56,895 nucleotides of DNA from a virus (Duplodnaviria; Caudoviricetes): positions 1 through 56,895 of IMG/VR virus record IMGVR_UViG_3300025400_000022; one strand, 5' to 3'. How positions within the stretch are numbered: the first letter of the stretch is position 1; each line of letters begins with the position of its first letter. The notes beneath the pieces were generated by a model. The model was not told the DNA's origin and ran no database searches. It saw nothing but the letters and a program-made list of their open reading frames with translations. The position numbers and the translations under genes are program-made. Of this stretch, positions 53,656 through 56,895 are shown piece by piece.

Positions 53656-55203
53656 TTAGTCAACAATGAAGTTAGGCGTGTACGACGTGTTGGTAGGCAG
53701 GATGCCGTTACCAGCGGTGCTGTCGAGAGCAGCCTTGACATTAGCCAAGCGACCGATGTACTTCGGAGCGCGAACGGCGAGCGTGGTGTCCGCAACGAAT
53801 GCGAACGGCAGGCTGTCGGGCGAAGCAGTGGTCGGGAACACGTTCACTGGCTGCATCTCACGGACGTGAGGACGAACGATGTAGTTCGGGTCACGTGACA
53901 TGAGGTAGATGCTCTGCTCACCGTTGGCGGTCAGAGGGTTCAGGCCAGTGTTGGCGTAGAAGTAGCCCGATGAGGCGGACGTAGCGTGCGTGCCGTCAGT
54001 TGCAACAAGGCCAGCGCCGTTGTCCACAATCTGAGTGACAGGCCAGATGTTGCCCGACGAGTCGAGGTAGTTGGCGTCAACCATACCGACGAGGGTGTAG
54101 GCCGTGTTGGCAGGCGACGAACCGGTAGCGCGGTACACCTTGTAGTGGGTAGGCTGAGCGCCTTCAGGACCAACTGGGGTCGAGAAGGTCAGCGTAACGT
54201 TACCGGCACCAGCAAGAGTTGCGGTAGCGGCGGTCGAGCCCTGGATTTCACCGAAGCGAGCGATAACTGCCGACACAACGTAGTTGTATGTAGCAGCGGC
54301 AAGCGTACCAGTAGCAGTCGAGCCAGTTGCAACAACTGTGACCATCTTGTTGGTACGAGGCGAAAGGAAGGACGACTTCACGATTGGAACGCCACGGTAT
54401 GTGGGAACAATCAAACCGGAAGAAATCTCAACCTGGTCGACAAAGCGCTGCTGGTTGATGAGCAACTGCGACAGACGGCTGTTAGCAGCGGGGGACATGA
54501 CGAACATCCACTCCGAGTTCTCGACGGGCTCAGCGACGTTCGATTCAACGAGGTCGATGAGGAGGTCAAGACCACCAAGTGAAAGTTGAGCGCCACCAGC
54601 GTTGATAGCGTTCTGGTCTACGCCGTCAGTCCACGGGCTGTAGTTGGGAGCACCCCAACCGGCTGTGCCCGAAGCGCCGCCGTAGTTGTCAATTGTTCCG
54701 CCACCGATGCCCTGTGTAGGACCGCCGGTTGGGGACGAAGTAAATGATGCACAGATGACGTCAAGACCGTCAAACTGAGGGTATGGGCCCTTTGTTGTGG
54801 GCAGTTCAGCACCCCAGATAAGCGCCGTTTCCATGTCCCAGTACAAACCACGGGCAGCGCCCTCGATTTCACGGGCACGGAGGTCACCAATCAGGTCTGC
54901 GGTAACAGCCTGTGAGTAACCCGTGACAGCACCAACGCTTTGGAGCAGACGAATCTGAAAGTTCTCCTGGGCGTAGTTAGAGGTTGAAACAGCGCGAGCA
55001 CCACCGTCGGTGACAAAGCCACCAGAAGGCAACTGTGTGCGCTTGTTGAAGTAGTAAACTGTTGAGCCCCACTTGACCGTAGGCAGTGCGCGGACCAGTG
55101 GCGCGTAGCGGCGCTGGTACTCGAGCAATACAGGGTCAATTTGCTTCTGTACGAGTGCAGCAGCACCCGCGGCAGTAAGGGCCTCTTCCAAATCGTTAGC
55201 CAT
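53656..55203 (-). CDS. Major capsid protein with inserted beta-rich domain
   Basis: Follows the scaffold gene; strong RBS AAGGAG; HK97-like motifs (E.ALIWG, FDGL, MSP.....L, YRG.PIV, D.TL.VR.PK). Confidence 0.85.
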   Translation of the reverse strand: MANDLEEALTAAGAAALVQKQIDPVLLEYQRRYAPLVRALPTVKWGSTVYYFNKRTQLPSGGFVTDGGARAVSTSNYAQENFQIRLLQSVGAVTGYSQAVTADLIGDLRAREIEGAARGLYWDMETALIWGAELPTTKGPYPQFDGLDVICASFTSSPTGGPTQGIGGGTIDNYGGASGTAGWGAPNYSPWTDGVDQNAINAGGAQLSLGGLDLLIDLVESNVAEPVENSEWMFVMSPAANSRLSQLLINQQRFVDQVEISSGLIVPTYRGVPIVKSSFLSPRTNKMVTVVATGSTATGTLAAATYNYVVSAVIARFGEIQGSTAATATLAGAGNVTLTFSTPVGPEGAQPTHYKVYRATGSSPANTAYTLVGMVDANYLDSSGNIWPVTQIVDNGAGLVATDGTHATSASSGYFYANTGLNPLTANGEQSIYLMSRDPNYIVRPHVREMQPVNVFPTTASPDSLPFAFVADTTLAVRAPKYIGRLANVKAALDSTAGNGILPTNTSYTPNFIVD

Positions 55204-55253
55204 GGCTAATTCTCCTTAAATATTTTGGATAGGTTGGTTGGGTAATACTTTGC

Positions 55254-56895
55254 TTAGTAGCCGCGGTCGGCTTGGGCAAACTTGTGTGCAAAGAATGGAG
55301 TCGAGCCCCATGCCTCTGCCTGAACCTTACGGAAGGCTGAAGAGTTCATCTCAGCCAACTTGCGAGGGTCCAGTTCCTCCGACTCTGACAAGTCAGAGGC
55401 GTCGTTTCCTACTGAACCGCTGGTTGCGAAGCCCTTACGGAAGGTCTGGCCCCCGTTGCGGTACGTCTCAACAGCGCTTTGCTTAGCAGCGGCAACAGCC
55501 TCAGTAGCGGCCTTAGCGGCGGCTTCTGCAATCATTGCGGCAACTTGTTCAGCGGTAAATGTGTTTTCGCTCACGGTGTTCTCCTGTGATTCGATAGATT
55601 CTTCAGCAGCAACCTCGGCGGCAGGCTCCTCGGCAGCGGGCTCTTCAGCAGGTGCTTCAGCGGCCTCTTCCTCGGGAGCAACCTCGGCGGTTACTTCTTC
55701 TTCGGGTGTTGATTCGACAGGCTTAAGCGCAGCAGCAATGATGCTGGCAAAGGCCATAAGGTCTGCGTCGGTCAGGGTGCGGGTAGCGGTTGATTCAAGC
55801 GCAATTTCCTCAGCCGGAGCCTCAGCAGTAGTCTGGTCGTCAGTCATAGTGACTTCCTCCTCTGTTTGGGTTAGGGCATCGTCGCTTGACTCTGCCTGTG
55901 GTACGGGGTCCCCGCAAGTGGGGCAATACATGGCGTCCTGCGGAGTTGATGCTCCACAAGTGCCGCAGCCAAGCGCATCTGTTGCCGGTGAGGCAGGCAG
56001 AAGTGCTCCGCACATGTGACAGTGGACGGCGCCTTCGTAGCATTCACAGCCACACTCAGCGCACTCCATGTTGTTGTCGTCTATTTTATACATTTCGTCT
56101 TCCGGTCCCATGCCCCCAGCGTCGCCGGTTGCATCTACCTGTGACCAATCAGGCTTAGATAGGTAAATGTCTCCGTCGTCATCTGGGTCAATTGCGTGCA
56201 TTGCGGCAATGGCTCCAAAAGCGATTCGGTTAGCAACCGTTTTCAACTGGTGAGGGTCTGTTGCGTAACCGGTAATGCTGATGCTGTCGTCGTCGTTGAC
56301 AAGAGCAATTGAGGCGTAAGCCTCGAGAACTTGTTGAATGTCAAAAGCAAGCGCTTCTTGCTCGCTGACAATGTTGATGCCAAACTTCTTGGCGGCTGAC
56401 TTGATGCGCGTCTTAATGCGAGCAAGTTGAGCGGCGGTGTAGAGATTGGCGTTGTCACCTTGATTGATGTAAGACCAAGCGGCGCGAACGTGCGCGGCGG
56501 TGTTAATTGGGTAACGCTTCTTCTTGTCCTTCTGGTAACCAGGGTCGGCGTAGTCAACATCGCCGTAAGGCTTTGAAGCGTCCTTCTCGTCTGCCAGTTG
56601 CTCAAGAGCAGAGAAACGCTCAACAACTTCTACGTCTTCAATGGATTCGTAGATTGCGTGTCGGTCGTAGGATTCCGAAAGTTCAGCGTACTGAATCTCC
56701 GCGCCTTCAACGCCGGGGCTGTTTGTAAAGTCAATGCCGTGGACAGCAAGGTCGTCGGCTGTGGTGGCTTCTTCGCCGTCTGTGTGAAGCGTAGAACGGG
56801 GCTCGCCCATCCACTCACCTCGGATTGAAACACCCTTGATGAACTGACCGGCAGCCAAGTTAGCAACGTCACGACCATGAGCCGTGTTGGCAATC
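55254..56895 (-). CDS. Prohead protease / scaffold fusion (5' partial) with DUF6582-like and double Zn-ribbon domains
   Basis: Frame is open to the window edge (NTAHGRDVANL..GVSIRG..IDFT.SPGV.GA); KKRYPI.T..HVRAAWSYI; four CxxC; acidic Ala/Glu scaffold tail. Confidence 0.82.
   Translation of the reverse strand, partial: IANTAHGRDVANLAAGQFIKGVSIRGEWMGEPRSTLHTDGEEATTADDLAVHGIDFTNSPGVEGAEIQYAELSESYDRHAIYESIEDVEVVERFSALEQLADEKDASKPYGDVDYADPGYQKDKKKRYPINTAAHVRAAWSYINQGDNANLYTAAQLARIKTRIKSAAKKFGINIVSEQEALAFDIQQVLEAYASIALVNDDDSISITGYATDPHQLKTVANRIAFGAIAAMHAIDPDDDGDIYLSKPDWSQVDATGDAGGMGPEDEMYKIDDNNMECAECGCECYEGAVHCHMCGALLPASPATDALGCGTCGASTPQDAMYCPTCGDPVPQAESSDDALTQTEEEVTMTDDQTTAEAPAEEIALESTATRTLTDADLMAFASIIAAALKPVESTPEEEVTAEVAPEEEAAEAPAEEPAAEEPAAEVAAEESIESQENTVSENTFTAEQVAAMIAEAAAKAATEAVAAAKQSAVETYRNGGQTFRKGFATSGSVGNDASDLSESEELDPRKLAEMNSSAFRKVQAEAWGSTPFFAHKFAQADRGY

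Noticed and set aside
28588-56019. Long alternative-frame or antisense ORFs (28588-29211, 34391-35242, 53986-54582, 55360-56019)
   Set aside because: Shadows of repetitive or codon-biased structural genes with no independent RBS or motifs.
1-56895. tRNA/rRNA genes, integrase, transposase, large terminase, portal, DNA polymerase
   Set aside because: None recognised. Terminase and portal probably lie beyond the right edge, and lifestyle cannot be determined from this window.

Overview
About 57 kb of a tailed dsDNA phage genome with a contractile (myovirus-type) tail. The host is probably actinobacterial, inferred from two WhiB-family genes, an Rpf-like transglycosylase and a GAAC-N4-GTTC SOS box. 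Layout: (1) 1-7.7 kb, a + strand early-type region of small, mostly acidic ORFs plus ardC, punctuated by seven copies of a composite intergenic element (hairpin, TCGCGT/ACGCGA block, TTTT..TGGGGAAAA box, antisense sigma70-type promoter, AGATA-N5-TATCT palindrome at fixed spacing, sense promoter, 5' hairpin with AAANG loop; not every copy has every part). (2) 7.7-18.3 kb, mostly - strand accessory and replication genes (GroES, wHTH, HGG-motif protein, WhiB, Rpf-like, HslV-like, DnaB-N/AAA helicase, initiator with internal iterons). (3) 18.4-23.2 kb, + strand recombination cluster (SOS box, recA, stand-alone LexA-like DNA-binding domain, YqaJ, ERF, SSB, HNH, WhiB). (4) 23.2-56.9 kb, - strand virion and lysis genes (protease/scaffold, major capsid, neck, sheath, tube, frameshifted tail chaperone, tape measure, baseplate, collagen-like fibres, a glycosyltransferase-methyltransferase, three cysteine peptidases). 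The best candidate for an undescribed system is the repeated bidirectional promoter / antisense RNA / alternating purine-pyrimidine element. Next are the recA-miniLexA-SOS box module and a candidate anti-Shine-Dalgarno sRNA. All calls come from manual reading and motif recognition; no database searches or folding programs were run.
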